DNA from: an uncultured Alphaproteobacteria bacterium
Lineage (GTDB): Bacteria; Pseudomonadota; Alphaproteobacteria; HIMB59; GCA-002718135
Assembly (NCBI GenBank): GCA_902619045.1
Contig: CACNCX010000001.1
Coordinates: 592 to 64,591 of the forward strand
DNA length: 64,000 bases
Reading direction: 5' to 3'
The notes under the pieces were generated by a model. It had not been told where the DNA came from. It was given only the letters and a program-made list of their open reading frames with translations, and did no database searches. Shown piece by piece: positions 39,110 to 49,172 of this stretch; position 1 is the first letter of the stretch; every line of letters starts with the position of its first letter. The position numbers were made by a program, and so were the translations under genes.

Positions 39110-40360
39110 TTATTGATTAAATTCCCAAGCTTCTTGAACAGCTTGAGTAGCTTCTTCAGGAGTAATAATTCCTGCCGCTAAATCAGTAGATACGTCATTA
39201 ACAACCCTACCAATATCTGCACCCAAGAACTGATCATAAAATATTTGATGATATTCTGAGTTAGAGATATTTTGTGCAACTTGTTGCAAGAAAGGATTTG
39301 TAAGAGATACATCAGCACCTTTCACGATAGGTATATAAGCACCTTTTCCTGCATCATCTTTTTGAATATCAAGAGATACATAATGCATAATAAATTCAAC
39401 TGCTGAGTCAGGAGCACTGCTTGAGAATAGCCATCCATTTATACCACCAAGTGTATCACCAGCGTCACCGAGACCACCACTCGTCATTGGCATGTTAAAC
39501 ATTCCCATATTATCGTCTCCTAAACCTTCACCACTTGAACTGTTAGCTTTTTGAGAACCATACATCCAGTTACCCATAAGTGCCATTGCACATTTACCGT
39601 CTCCAAAAAAACCTGCCTGATCTGGCCAAGTGTGTGATAAAAATCCTTTTTGAAAAGGTTCTAAAGCAACTAGCTCGAGCATTTGCTCACCTGATTTTAA
39701 GTATTCTGGTCTATCCCAACCACCATTATTAAGTGATTCAAGGAATAATCCTTTTCCACCATTTCTTATGTGGAGGTGTGTCCAAAGAAAGTGAACAGGC
39801 CATTTATCTTTACCACCCATACAAATAGGAGTAATTCCTGCTGCTTTGATTTGTTTTACAGCACTAATTAAATCATCCCATTCTTTGATGGCTGAAACGT
39901 CAACTCCGGCTTGATTGATAAGATCTTTGTTATACCACCAAGCAACTTGTGATACTTGTAAAGGTAAACCTACTCTTTGACCTTCAAATGTAAAAGCATC
40001 TGCTGCTGCTGCACTAACAGTATCCAAATAACTATCTGGTACAACATTGGAGATATCTCTTAAAAAACCAGCTCTGGCTTGATCATACATAACTCCGCCA
40101 CTCCAGCTATAAAATATATCTGGTCTATCATTTGATTGAAGCATTGTAGGTAACTTTGCTTTGAATGATTCATTTTCTAAATACTGCATAACAACAGTGT
40201 GTCCTGTTTTAGCTTCAAATTCTTCAACAGCCCTAACCATGTTAGCATATGAACTTGAGTCTTCACCAAATAAGTGAAGCCACTTTATAGTATCTGCTTT
40301 AACAGAACTAAATGACATCAAAATAGTTAGTGAGAAAAATATTTTTAGTAATAATTTCAT
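39110..40360 (-). CDS. Extracellular solute-binding protein, family 1 (CUT1 sugar ABC)
   Basis: Sec signal MKLLLKIFFSLTILMSFSSVKA, 416 aa, strong SD (GGGAGGA). First gene of the operon. Confidence 0.9.
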   Translation of the reverse strand: MKLLLKIFFSLTILMSFSSVKADTIKWLHLFGEDSSSYANMVRAVEEFEAKTGHTVVMQYLENESFKAKLPTMLQSNDRPDIFYSWSGGVMYDQARAGFLRDISNVVPDSYLDTVSAAAADAFTFEGQRVGLPLQVSQVAWWYNKDLINQAGVDVSAIKEWDDLISAVKQIKAAGITPICMGGKDKWPVHFLWTHLHIRNGGKGLFLESLNNGGWDRPEYLKSGEQMLELVALEPFQKGFLSHTWPDQAGFFGDGKCAMALMGNWMYGSQKANSSSGEGLGDDNMGMFNMPMTSGGLGDAGDTLGGINGWLFSSSAPDSAVEFIMHYVSLDIQKDDAGKGAYIPIVKGADVSLTNPFLQQVAQNISNSEYHQIFYDQFLGADIGRVVNDVSTDLAAGIITPEEATQAVQEAWEFNQ

Positions 40361-40486
40361 TTAATCCTCCCTAAGATTATCGTAGTAAGAAATTTATAAC
40401 ACTAAAGGGATTTTTTTAAACTAAAAAAGGCAATTTTTAGGCTTAAAACCATCTATTTATGCTGTAAGATTAAGCAAAAATTTTTA

Positions 40487-41992
40487 ATGAAAAATAAACC
40501 AAACATCATTATATTTAATCCAGATCAATGGAGAGGAGATATGCTTGGATATCTTGGTTATCCAGGTGCACAAACCCCTAATTTAGATAATATAATTAAA
40601 GAAGACGCAGTTGCATTTAAGAATGCTTTTTGCCAAGCGACAGTTTGTACACCAAGTCGTTGCTCATTTATGACTGGCTGGTATCCACATGTGCATGGTC
40701 ATAGAACAATGCATTATATGCTACATACTGATCAAGGAGACTCTAGTATTTTATCCGAACTAAAAAATAAAGATTACTTTATTTGGTGGGGTGGAAAAAA
40801 TGATTTGATAGCAGGACAAGAGGGTTATCGTAATCATTGTGATATTTATTTTGAACCAACTGATAGAGATTTTCAAAAATGGGGCTATACTCAACAACCA
40901 GGCACACATGGGGGAGATTTATCATGGCGAGGGCCTGAAGATGGAGATAATTATTATAGTTTCTTCAAAGGAAAATTAGATAAAAAAGATAAAGATATTT
41001 ATTTCGATGACGATTGGTCCATGGTTTATGGAGCATTAGATTTTGTAAAAGATTATAAAGAAGATAAACCATTCTGTTTATTTCTACCACTTGGTTATCC
41101 ACATCCTCCTTACTGTGTAGAGGATCCATGGTTCTCTTCAATTGATCGAAGCGTAATACCTAATAGATATCAATACAAAACTTGGGAAGACAAGCCAAGT
41201 CTTCTAAAAGGAATTATGGATGGGCAAAGAATGCAAGATTGGACCGATGAACGTTGGAATGAATTACGAGCAGTATATCTTGGTATGTGTGCAAGAGTAG
41301 ATTATCAATTTGGACTTTTGGTCAATCAACTTAAAGAAAATAATTTGTATGATGATACTTTAATAATTTTTTTATCTGATCATGGTGACTTTACAGGTGA
41401 TTATAATTTAGTTGAAAAAACACAAAATACTTTTCAAGACTGTCTTACTAATGTTCCTCTTATTATTAAACCGCCAAAAAGTGAAAATACATTAAATGGA
41501 GTAAGCGATACAATGATTGAATTAATTGATATTGCTGGAACCATATATGATTACAGTAATATCGAGCCCTCATATTGGCATTTTGGCAAAAGTATTAAAA
41601 ATTTTATTGAACAGAAAACTGATAATCATAGAGAAGAAGTATTTACGGAGGGTGGTAGACTTAGATTAGAAAGACAAGCAAGTGAAAATCAAAGTCTTCA
41701 ATTACCCCATGGTCTTTATTATCCTAGAGTTAGTTTACAAGGTCAAGAGGATGAAATTTTAATGCATACTAAAGCAACAATGTGCAGAAATAAAAAATTT
41801 AAATATATTAAAAGAGCTTACGAGAAAGATGAGTTTTATAATTTAATCGAAGATCCTGGAGAAATTAATAATGTTATTGATGATCCTAAATATGGGTCAG
41901 AACTTAAAAAACTAAAAGATAAAATGCTTTCATGGTATCAAGAAACTTGTGATGTTGTTCCATTAAAAGGTGATGAAAGAGATTTCAATTAA
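40487..41992 (+). CDS. Cys-type sulfatase (S1 / arylsulfatase superfamily), no signal peptide
   Basis: IIIFNPDQWRGD first strand begins at residue 8. Active-site C-T-P-S-R (VCTPSRCSFMTG). LSDHGD block. Confidence 0.9.
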   Translation: MKNKPNIIIFNPDQWRGDMLGYLGYPGAQTPNLDNIIKEDAVAFKNAFCQATVCTPSRCSFMTGWYPHVHGHRTMHYMLHTDQGDSSILSELKNKDYFIWWGGKNDLIAGQEGYRNHCDIYFEPTDRDFQKWGYTQQPGTHGGDLSWRGPEDGDNYYSFFKGKLDKKDKDIYFDDDWSMVYGALDFVKDYKEDKPFCLFLPLGYPHPPYCVEDPWFSSIDRSVIPNRYQYKTWEDKPSLLKGIMDGQRMQDWTDERWNELRAVYLGMCARVDYQFGLLVNQLKENNLYDDTLIIFLSDHGDFTGDYNLVEKTQNTFQDCLTNVPLIIKPPKSENTLNGVSDTMIELIDIAGTIYDYSNIEPSYWHFGKSIKNFIEQKTDNHREEVFTEGGRLRLERQASENQSLQLPHGLYYPRVSLQGQEDEILMHTKATMCRNKKFKYIKRAYEKDEFYNLIEDPGEINNVIDDPKYGSELKKLKDKMLSWYQETCDVVPLKGDERDFN

Positions 41993-42909
41993 TATAATTC
42001 GTTTTCAATTCTTGTAAGCCAATAGTCGACATCCATTTTCTTGTGACCAGTTAATAACCTCCAAAACTTGACAACATTTATTTTATCAAGTCTATTAGTA
42101 TCTGCTTCTTGCCAAGGATAGGACCTCATTAAAATATCATTGATAGTTTGATCCTTAGTTTCATCAGTCCAATACAAAGCTCGGTTTGGTAAAGGTTGAT
42201 ATTTTTTTTCAGGATCCCATAATAGTTCCTGTTTCTCAGTAGGCTGTAATCTTACTTTAAACATATATCTGATATCATCTGAAAAATTAACTCCAGCACC
42301 ATGCCACAATCCATTATGAAAAATTCCTATTGTACCTGCTTTACATATGATATTTTTTTGTCCTTTTATATTTTGATATTTTGCGATTCCCATTTCATTT
42401 ACAATTCTTAAATGTGTACCAGGAATATATCTTGTACCACCCATTTCTTTAGTAACAGCAGTTGGAAAGTAAAATAATTGGATATCGAAAGTAGTTCTTG
42501 GATCAATTGTGCTATCTTGATGATTAACTTGTGACATTTGTCTTTGATTTGCTTTTGCATAATATTTAGAAGGAAATGTTAAGTGAAGAAATTGATGGTC
42601 AACTACAGTTTTTGAACCAACTAAACTATTGATTGCTCCTGAGACAATTTCATTTTTAAATATTTTTTCCAAAGGAGAGTTTAAAGGGTAGGCATCTTTC
42701 AATGCAGTCCCAGCAGGTATTCTAGGTATACTACTAGAGGATTTTATATTTTGAAAGTAGTGCTGAATATTATCAACATCATCAATATCAGTATGCCCAA
42801 TATCATTTAAAAATTCTTTATTGATATCTTCATCAATTAAACCTTCAAAAAAAAGACAGCCACTATTGGCAAATTCTGCCATTTGCTCAGTTGACAATAA
42901 TTTTGTCAT
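41989..42909 (-). CDS. Phytanoyl-CoA dioxygenase (PhyH)-family Fe(II)/2-oxoglutarate oxygenase
   Basis: H-x-D (VNHQDS), a distal His (GLWHGAG) and Arg (RYMFKVR). 306 aa. Confidence 0.8.
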   Translation of the reverse strand: MTKLLSTEQMAEFANSGCLFFEGLIDEDINKEFLNDIGHTDIDDVDNIQHYFQNIKSSSSIPRIPAGTALKDAYPLNSPLEKIFKNEIVSGAINSLVGSKTVVDHQFLHLTFPSKYYAKANQRQMSQVNHQDSTIDPRTTFDIQLFYFPTAVTKEMGGTRYIPGTHLRIVNEMGIAKYQNIKGQKNIICKAGTIGIFHNGLWHGAGVNFSDDIRYMFKVRLQPTEKQELLWDPEKKYQPLPNRALYWTDETKDQTINDILMRSYPWQEADTNRLDKINVVKFWRLLTGHKKMDVDYWLTRIENELY

Positions 42910-42910
42910 T

Positions 42911-43189
42911 TTAAAAATCTCCTTCTTCTATTTTTTCAAAAAAAAACTCATGCTTTAAATATGAAGTTCTAAATTCTTGACCAGGATGCTCTGGAATAGA
43001 TTGACTCGATTGAAACAATCTCCATCCATCCAATAAAGCGTCAAGACCAGTGGGATAAGGTGGTTCATCACTATCCCCTGTCATATGAAGTTTTTTTCCT
43101 GTCCCATCAAATGTTGCCCAAGAAATAACTTCTGCTTCTAGACTTGGAAACTTTAAATAAAGAACTAAAACTTTTTGTCTTTTAGTCAT
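42911..43189 (-). CDS. Hypothetical 92-aa cytosolic protein
   Basis: ORF track. Its ATG directly abuts the upstream sulfatase stop (TAAATG), and its own stop lies 1 nt before the PhyH ATG. No family recognised. Confidence 0.65.
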   Translation of the reverse strand: MTKRQKVLVLYLKFPSLEAEVISWATFDGTGKKLHMTGDSDEPPYPTGLDALLDGWRLFQSSQSIPEHPGQEFRTSYLKHEFFFEKIEEGDF

Positions 43190-44701
43190 TTAGTTTTCTT
43201 TAAAATAATTTTTTAATAATTCCTTTGGAGGATCATATGTTTTAATTTCATTCAGCATAAGATTTTTATATTTGTTTATCAAATCTTCATCATTAATAGG
43301 GTTTAATTGGCCAGGATCTTCCTTCAAATTATAAAGAGCACATTTAGTATCTTCTAATGATTTATGTGGATCCGATTTTCTAAGAATTCTATTAACTTTC
43401 ATTACTGGAATATTTTTAGTAAAGTTAAATGGCTCATGCATTGTAGCAGTTTGCAACTCTTCGTGTGAAAAAAATTGCCTCATATTGGTTGGCATCAATG
43501 TATATTGAAATCTACTTCTATCGTATTGATCAAAATTTTCTGGAAAATGAAAATATGTATAATTTCCATCGGATATATTTATTCCCCCGCCCCAATATCC
43601 ATACAAAGCAAAATGCTCATTTTCACTGTCTTTATCTAGAAAGTTTAATATAGATTTACCTTTAACCTCTTTAGGAAGATTGTGACCATGCATTGTCATG
43701 AATGTTGGCATCAAATCAATATTTTGAGTTACAACATTTCTTTGCTCGCCAGAATATTGTTTGTATTCCGGGTGATAAAAATAAAAAGGTATATTTGCAA
43801 TTTCATTATACAAAGGCATTCTGTTTTTAGCCCACCAATCATGTTCTCCGAGCATGAAACCATGATCTGTAGTTAAAATCAATGCAGTATCATTCCATAA
43901 ATTATTTTCATCAAAATAATCTAAAACCGTACCAAGTAAATAATCACATAGACCAACTAAAGCAATGTAATTGGCTTTTAACTCTGCAACCTCATCATCT
44001 GTTTCTTTCACTCTATCATACTGAGGCCAATCTAATCTTGGGCCAGTATAATTTGTTTTTAGTTTTTCTCTAAATCGCTCTGGCGCAAAAAAAGGTTCGT
44101 GAGGATCAAAAGTTTCTAGTTGAAGAAACCAATTATCAGCATCTTTATTAATATTTATAAAGTCTAAACCAGATTCAAAACATTTAACTGAAGGAAAATC
44201 TTTTTCTTCTTTAATAAATTCACTATTGATTGCGTAATGATAATAACCTGTTTCCCTATCAGTTAAATTTAATTGTGATTGATGATATTTTTCTCTTAAT
44301 TTTTCAAGTGGTGGTTGAACCATGGCTTTCCACGGGTCACTCTCTTGTCCTCTAATAAAATCCCATGAGTTAAATCTATTATGATAGGTTGCGCCACCAT
44401 CTTCAAAGTAATGATAATGATCAGTCACAAGATGAGTATACGTATTATTTAGTCTTAAGATTTCTGGAAATGAATTATCAAATGGTTCTAATGGACCCCA
44501 TGCACGGTGAAGAAAACTTAATCGACCTGAATGCATATCACGTCTTGCCGGCATACATGGCATACTACCAATATAATGATTATTAAATTGAACTGATTTT
44601 TTTGCTAATCTGTTAAAATTTGGTGTTTCAATATATTTACCACCATAAGAATTTAACATTCTTTTATTTAATGAATCAAATAAAAGAAAAACTGTTTTCA
44701 T
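43190..44701 (-). CDS. Cys-type sulfatase-family protein, variant N-terminal metal motif, no signal peptide
   Basis: C-M-P-A-R (GSMPCMPARRDMHSG). TTDHGFMLGEH block. The first strand reads LLFDSLNKR rather than the usual DD/DQ. Confidence 0.85.
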   Translation of the reverse strand: MKTVFLLFDSLNKRMLNSYGGKYIETPNFNRLAKKSVQFNNHYIGSMPCMPARRDMHSGRLSFLHRAWGPLEPFDNSFPEILRLNNTYTHLVTDHYHYFEDGGATYHNRFNSWDFIRGQESDPWKAMVQPPLEKLREKYHQSQLNLTDRETGYYHYAINSEFIKEEKDFPSVKCFESGLDFININKDADNWFLQLETFDPHEPFFAPERFREKLKTNYTGPRLDWPQYDRVKETDDEVAELKANYIALVGLCDYLLGTVLDYFDENNLWNDTALILTTDHGFMLGEHDWWAKNRMPLYNEIANIPFYFYHPEYKQYSGEQRNVVTQNIDLMPTFMTMHGHNLPKEVKGKSILNFLDKDSENEHFALYGYWGGGINISDGNYTYFHFPENFDQYDRSRFQYTLMPTNMRQFFSHEELQTATMHEPFNFTKNIPVMKVNRILRKSDPHKSLEDTKCALYNLKEDPGQLNPINDEDLINKYKNLMLNEIKTYDPPKELLKNYFKEN

Positions 44702-44732
44702 AAATACCAGACTAATACGAAAAAAATAATTA

Positions 44733-46100
44733 TTAAAGTTTTTTCTTTAATCTATGAAAAGAATCAGGATTTAATCCCATTTGACCAGGATTATTTACAT
44801 TTTTAGCTTTTGTAATTTTAGTTGTTATATTTTCAACTTTTTTAATTTTACTTTTAATCTTTTTTCTTAAGGAGGTTACTATTTCATCATAAGTACTAAT
44901 ACCAATTAAGTTATTTAATTCATACGGATCAGCATCAAGATCGTATAAATTTGTCTCTGTGTATTGATTAGATGAAGGTTTATCACTCCCATTAGAGTCT
45001 TGATCAGCAATACAATATTTCCATTTTTCAGTTCTTAAACTTCTAGCTAATTGACTCTCACTTATTTGAACAAAAATTTCATTTTCCCATTTTTTTGATA
45101 TTTTATTTACCAAGGGCAATACTGATCTACCATCACAATGAGAGGTATTTTTGACTTTTGCCAAATCTAAGATTGTTGCATGAATATCTAATATATTGGT
45201 TAGTTCTTTTATACGTCCACCTTGTTGGAAAACATTTCCAATTAAAGAAGTAGGAACCCGTATTGAACTTTCATGACATGAACGTTTATATTCTCTATTT
45301 CGTGTTTTAAAATTATTTCCATGATCTGATGTAAAAATAATTGCACTATCATCAAATAATTTTAAGCTTTTAATTACATCAATCATTCTTCCATAAGCTT
45401 CATCTATTCTCTTCACCATTCCATAATAACCTCCTAAATGTCGAGGAGAAGATCCAACCAGAGATGAAAGATCTGGAGGAGACCACTTACCTGTATATTT
45501 TTCTCTGTATCCAATAGGTGGTGGATAATCATCTGTATTGTTTTGGTGATGTGGCTCAATAAGAGAAACGAAAAGAAAAAATGGTTTTTTTTGATTTAGT
45601 TTTATAAAATTTATAGCTGCATCAGTTATTGCATCAACTCTATATCCTGGAAGAAATACTTTTTTATTTTGTCCATCATAAACATATGTTTCATAAGCAT
45701 CGGAAGTAAATTCTAAAAGATTTGATCCCAACCAATAATCATAACCACCTCTATCCTCTTTTTTAACCGGTTCAGATGAGCCGAGGTGCCACTTTCCAAT
45801 ATATCCAGTAGCATATCCTTCTTTTGATAAATGTTTTGCAAGAGTTTTAATATTTTTTTTTAAAGGTATTCTATTTTTAAAACATCCAGTCTTTGTTGCA
45901 TACATTCCTGATTGTAATGAAGCTCTTGCAGGCCCACAAACTGGTTGGCATGTAAATGAGTTATAAAGATGTGTACCTTCAACTGCATAATGATCGAAGT
46001 TCTCCATCAAGGATAATGGATTGCCATGTAAACCAGAAGTATCCCAGCGTTGTTGATCAGTAAAAAATACAATAATATTTGGTTTAGATTTAATATTCAT
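44733..46100 (-). CDS. Cys-type sulfatase, no signal peptide
   Basis: IIVFFTDQQRWD, C-G-P-A-R (VCGPARASLQSG), TSDHG. Confidence 0.9.
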   Translation of the reverse strand: MNIKSKPNIIVFFTDQQRWDTSGLHGNPLSLMENFDHYAVEGTHLYNSFTCQPVCGPARASLQSGMYATKTGCFKNRIPLKKNIKTLAKHLSKEGYATGYIGKWHLGSSEPVKKEDRGGYDYWLGSNLLEFTSDAYETYVYDGQNKKVFLPGYRVDAITDAAINFIKLNQKKPFFLFVSLIEPHHQNNTDDYPPPIGYREKYTGKWSPPDLSSLVGSSPRHLGGYYGMVKRIDEAYGRMIDVIKSLKLFDDSAIIFTSDHGNNFKTRNREYKRSCHESSIRVPTSLIGNVFQQGGRIKELTNILDIHATILDLAKVKNTSHCDGRSVLPLVNKISKKWENEIFVQISESQLARSLRTEKWKYCIADQDSNGSDKPSSNQYTETNLYDLDADPYELNNLIGISTYDEIVTSLRKKIKSKIKKVENITTKITKAKNVNNPGQMGLNPDSFHRLKKKL

Positions 46101-46112
46101 TATTATTTAGAT

Positions 46113-47612
46113 TTATTTACTAAAAGGTTTTCCTTTATATTTCCTAAGATTGTCAGCGTGTTTTTTTCTATCTGTTTTTTCAAGACGCTCAACATATGTA
46201 TTCCAGACTTTTGAATAAATATTTGCATGATGAGGACCACCTTCTCTAATTACACCTTGAAGTGGATCTCCTCTATCAGCCTCATACATATTTTCTTCAA
46301 TCCACTCATCGATTAAAAACATACCATGAGCTACGAGATCTTTATGCTGATTTGCTAGGTTATTCAACTCATGCGGATCTTTTTCAATATCAAACAGCAT
46401 ATATTTTGGAAAATCTTTTAAACCAGTATCGTACGTTCTTATTAGTAACCAATTATCCCATCTTACAGATCTTTGACAACTCCAAGCACCATGACTAATA
46501 ACTAAATAATCTCTTCCATTTGATGATTTACTATTTGTTAAATTTTCAGTGAAATTAATACCATCCCATCTGTCAGGTTGAGAAGATGAAGTAATTTGAG
46601 AAATAGTTGAAGTTAAATCTAAATTATAAAATTTATTTTCTATAGTACTTCCTTTATTTGTATCTGTTATCCCCGGCCATCTGATTATTAATGGAACTCT
46701 ATTAGTTATATGATCAGCTGTTTGGTGATCTCCCCATACATTTAACTCACCTTGATTTTCTCCGTGGTCTGCTGAAATAATTATTGCAGTATCATCCCAA
46801 AGATTCATTTTTTTTAAATCTTCAAAAACTTTATTTAAATAAAAATCTGCGTATTTAATTCCAGTGTCATACGCATCAATTTGTTCTTTAGCATCAGAAG
46901 TATTTTTAATTTCGCCCACTCCCATTGTATACTTTCCTCCAAGATCTTCATCAAATCCTGGAACTTCTCTAGCGCTATGCGGTCCAAAACTATTCCTTTG
47001 TTTTTTAATTAATTCTTCTGTCACCCATTCTTCAATAGGATCATCTTTAAAAGGATTTCCAAAGTCTTCAGGTGTATCATACGGAGTATGAGGATCCCAC
47101 ATATTTACATGTAAGAACCAATTTTCTTTTTCTCCATTATTTTCTAACCACTTTTTTATGACAGGGTAGACTTCATCAGCATTTTCTAAACCACCTTTTC
47201 CAGTGTCATACGTTTCGGTAAAACCAAACCAAACTTGATAAGCTGTATGTCTTTCAGGGAAAGGACTGATACTTGCTGTATAATATCCTGCATCTCGAAG
47301 AACTTTTCCAAGAGATGTAAAAGCATATTCTCCTCTTAAGCCGCCTTTAAATTCTCTATTCCAAATATTTTTTCTAGGAGCAATATCAGAGAATTCACCG
47401 CCATGATTAACAACTCCAGTTTTGAAACCAAAATTACCTCCAAACAAAGCAGTTCTACTAGGTAGGCACGGTGTGTCAGTTGAATAAAAATTTGTAAACT
47501 TGACTCCTTCTTTTGCTATTGAATCAATCGTAGGAGACGTATTTCTATGATAACCATAACATCCTAAGTGATCAGGTCTTAAAGAGTCTATGTCTACGTA
47601 TAAAATTCTCAT
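46113..47612 (-). CDS. Cys-type sulfatase-family protein, variant N-terminal metal motif, no signal peptide
   Basis: MRILYVDIDSLRPDH, C-L-P-S-R (TPCLPSRTALFGG), SADHGEN. Confidence 0.85.
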   Translation of the reverse strand: MRILYVDIDSLRPDHLGCYGYHRNTSPTIDSIAKEGVKFTNFYSTDTPCLPSRTALFGGNFGFKTGVVNHGGEFSDIAPRKNIWNREFKGGLRGEYAFTSLGKVLRDAGYYTASISPFPERHTAYQVWFGFTETYDTGKGGLENADEVYPVIKKWLENNGEKENWFLHVNMWDPHTPYDTPEDFGNPFKDDPIEEWVTEELIKKQRNSFGPHSAREVPGFDEDLGGKYTMGVGEIKNTSDAKEQIDAYDTGIKYADFYLNKVFEDLKKMNLWDDTAIIISADHGENQGELNVWGDHQTADHITNRVPLIIRWPGITDTNKGSTIENKFYNLDLTSTISQITSSSQPDRWDGINFTENLTNSKSSNGRDYLVISHGAWSCQRSVRWDNWLLIRTYDTGLKDFPKYMLFDIEKDPHELNNLANQHKDLVAHGMFLIDEWIEENMYEADRGDPLQGVIREGGPHHANIYSKVWNTYVERLEKTDRKKHADNLRKYKGKPFSK

Positions 47613-47628
47613 CTTTATCCTTTCTTAA

Positions 47629-49170
47629 TTAAGCACCTGAAACTCTTTTCATTTTAGATGTTTCATCTTTTAATGTGGCTTGCGCAAACTTAAATAATAA
47701 ATCTTTTTTTAATGTTTGTGCATTCGTATTGTCCCATAAATTATTATATTCGTTTGGATCATTTTCTAAATCAAAAAGTTCACCGTAATTAGCTTCTCGG
47801 TAAATAGAAATTTTATAATTATCATTTATGTAAGTTTTTAAATGAGGCATTCTTGGATTATGTCTATTTTCAACAAATATATGTGATCGGATACTTTCCT
47901 TATTACCATAAAATACTTCTGTTTGATCCACTCCTTGCATTTGAGTTGGTATATCAATGCCCGCGACTTTTAAAAATGTTGGGGCAAGATCAACTAAACT
48001 TAATAAAGATGAAGATGATGAATTTTGAGGAACTTTATCTGGCCATCTAACAATAAATGGTAAACGGAGCATGTCTTCATAGTGAAAAGGTCCTTTAGCA
48101 ATTAGACCATGCTGTCCTATAAAGTGACCATGATCAGTAGTAAAAATAATTATGGTATTATCAAGTTCACCCATTTGATCTAACTTATTAATTATTTTTC
48201 CAATATTCTTATCCATAAAACTAACCATGCCATAATAAATTGCCATGTCTTTTTTTAATTCTTCCAAAGGATACAGATGACTCATACATCCATGAGCGTT
48301 AAATGGTGAATGCCAATTTTCGAAATCAGGATTTTTCGTTTGTGTTTTTCCAAAATGAGGTGGATTTAATTCGTGCTCACCTTCTTTTAAAGTTCCAGGT
48401 GACATATCTTCTGGATTATACATTGATGCCCATGGTTCACTTAATACGTATGGTGGGTGTGGATCTTGAAAACTTGTCCAAAGAAAAAATGGCTTGTCAT
48501 CTTTTTGTTGATCTAAAAATTCAATTGATCTTTCAGCGGTCCAGTTTGTGTAGTGATGTTTTTCGTCTAACTTCCAAACCCTATCCGGTCTCGCCCAGTA
48601 GTCATATTCGCGAGCAATAGGAGGAGCGTATTTAGAAGTTTCACCAGGCACTGGTTGAAAATATTCTTTCCAATCACTAAGACCGTTTTGTTCCATCCAA
48701 ATTGCATAATGTTGACCTACATGACTTTCATCAGCATGATTACGTGCTAACTCAATATGTTCAAAGCCATACCAAGGTCCTTTAAAATTTTTCCAAAATT
48801 CCAAATCTCTTAAAGTTGGTTGTCCTTCTATAGATTCCTGACCTGGAACTGAAGTTAATGGCTGGAAATGTGCTTTACCTATTAACCCAGTTGAATATCC
48901 ATTTTTGTATAAAAGTTCTCCAATAGTTTCTACTTCTTCATCTAATTTAACTCCAATTGTCCAAGCTCCATGAGAAGACGGATATTGTCCAGTAATAATA
49001 CTTGCTCTTGATGGCGTGCAAACTGGTGATGGACAATAAGCTCTTGTAAAATTCATTCCCTCGTCACAAAGCTTATCTAAATACGGTGTTTGTATTTTTG
49101 AATTAAATTTTCCAATAGTATCATGATGTTGTTGATCGGAAGTTATTAATAAAATATTTGGCCTTTTCAT
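47629..49170 (-). CDS. Cys-type sulfatase, no signal peptide
   Basis: ILLITSDQQHHD, C-T-P-S-R (VCTPSRASIITGQYP), TTDHGH. Confidence 0.9.
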   Translation of the reverse strand: MKRPNILLITSDQQHHDTIGKFNSKIQTPYLDKLCDEGMNFTRAYCPSPVCTPSRASIITGQYPSSHGAWTIGVKLDEEVETIGELLYKNGYSTGLIGKAHFQPLTSVPGQESIEGQPTLRDLEFWKNFKGPWYGFEHIELARNHADESHVGQHYAIWMEQNGLSDWKEYFQPVPGETSKYAPPIAREYDYWARPDRVWKLDEKHHYTNWTAERSIEFLDQQKDDKPFFLWTSFQDPHPPYVLSEPWASMYNPEDMSPGTLKEGEHELNPPHFGKTQTKNPDFENWHSPFNAHGCMSHLYPLEELKKDMAIYYGMVSFMDKNIGKIINKLDQMGELDNTIIIFTTDHGHFIGQHGLIAKGPFHYEDMLRLPFIVRWPDKVPQNSSSSSLLSLVDLAPTFLKVAGIDIPTQMQGVDQTEVFYGNKESIRSHIFVENRHNPRMPHLKTYINDNYKISIYREANYGELFDLENDPNEYNNLWDNTNAQTLKKDLLFKFAQATLKDETSKMKRVSGA

Positions 49171-49172
49171 AT

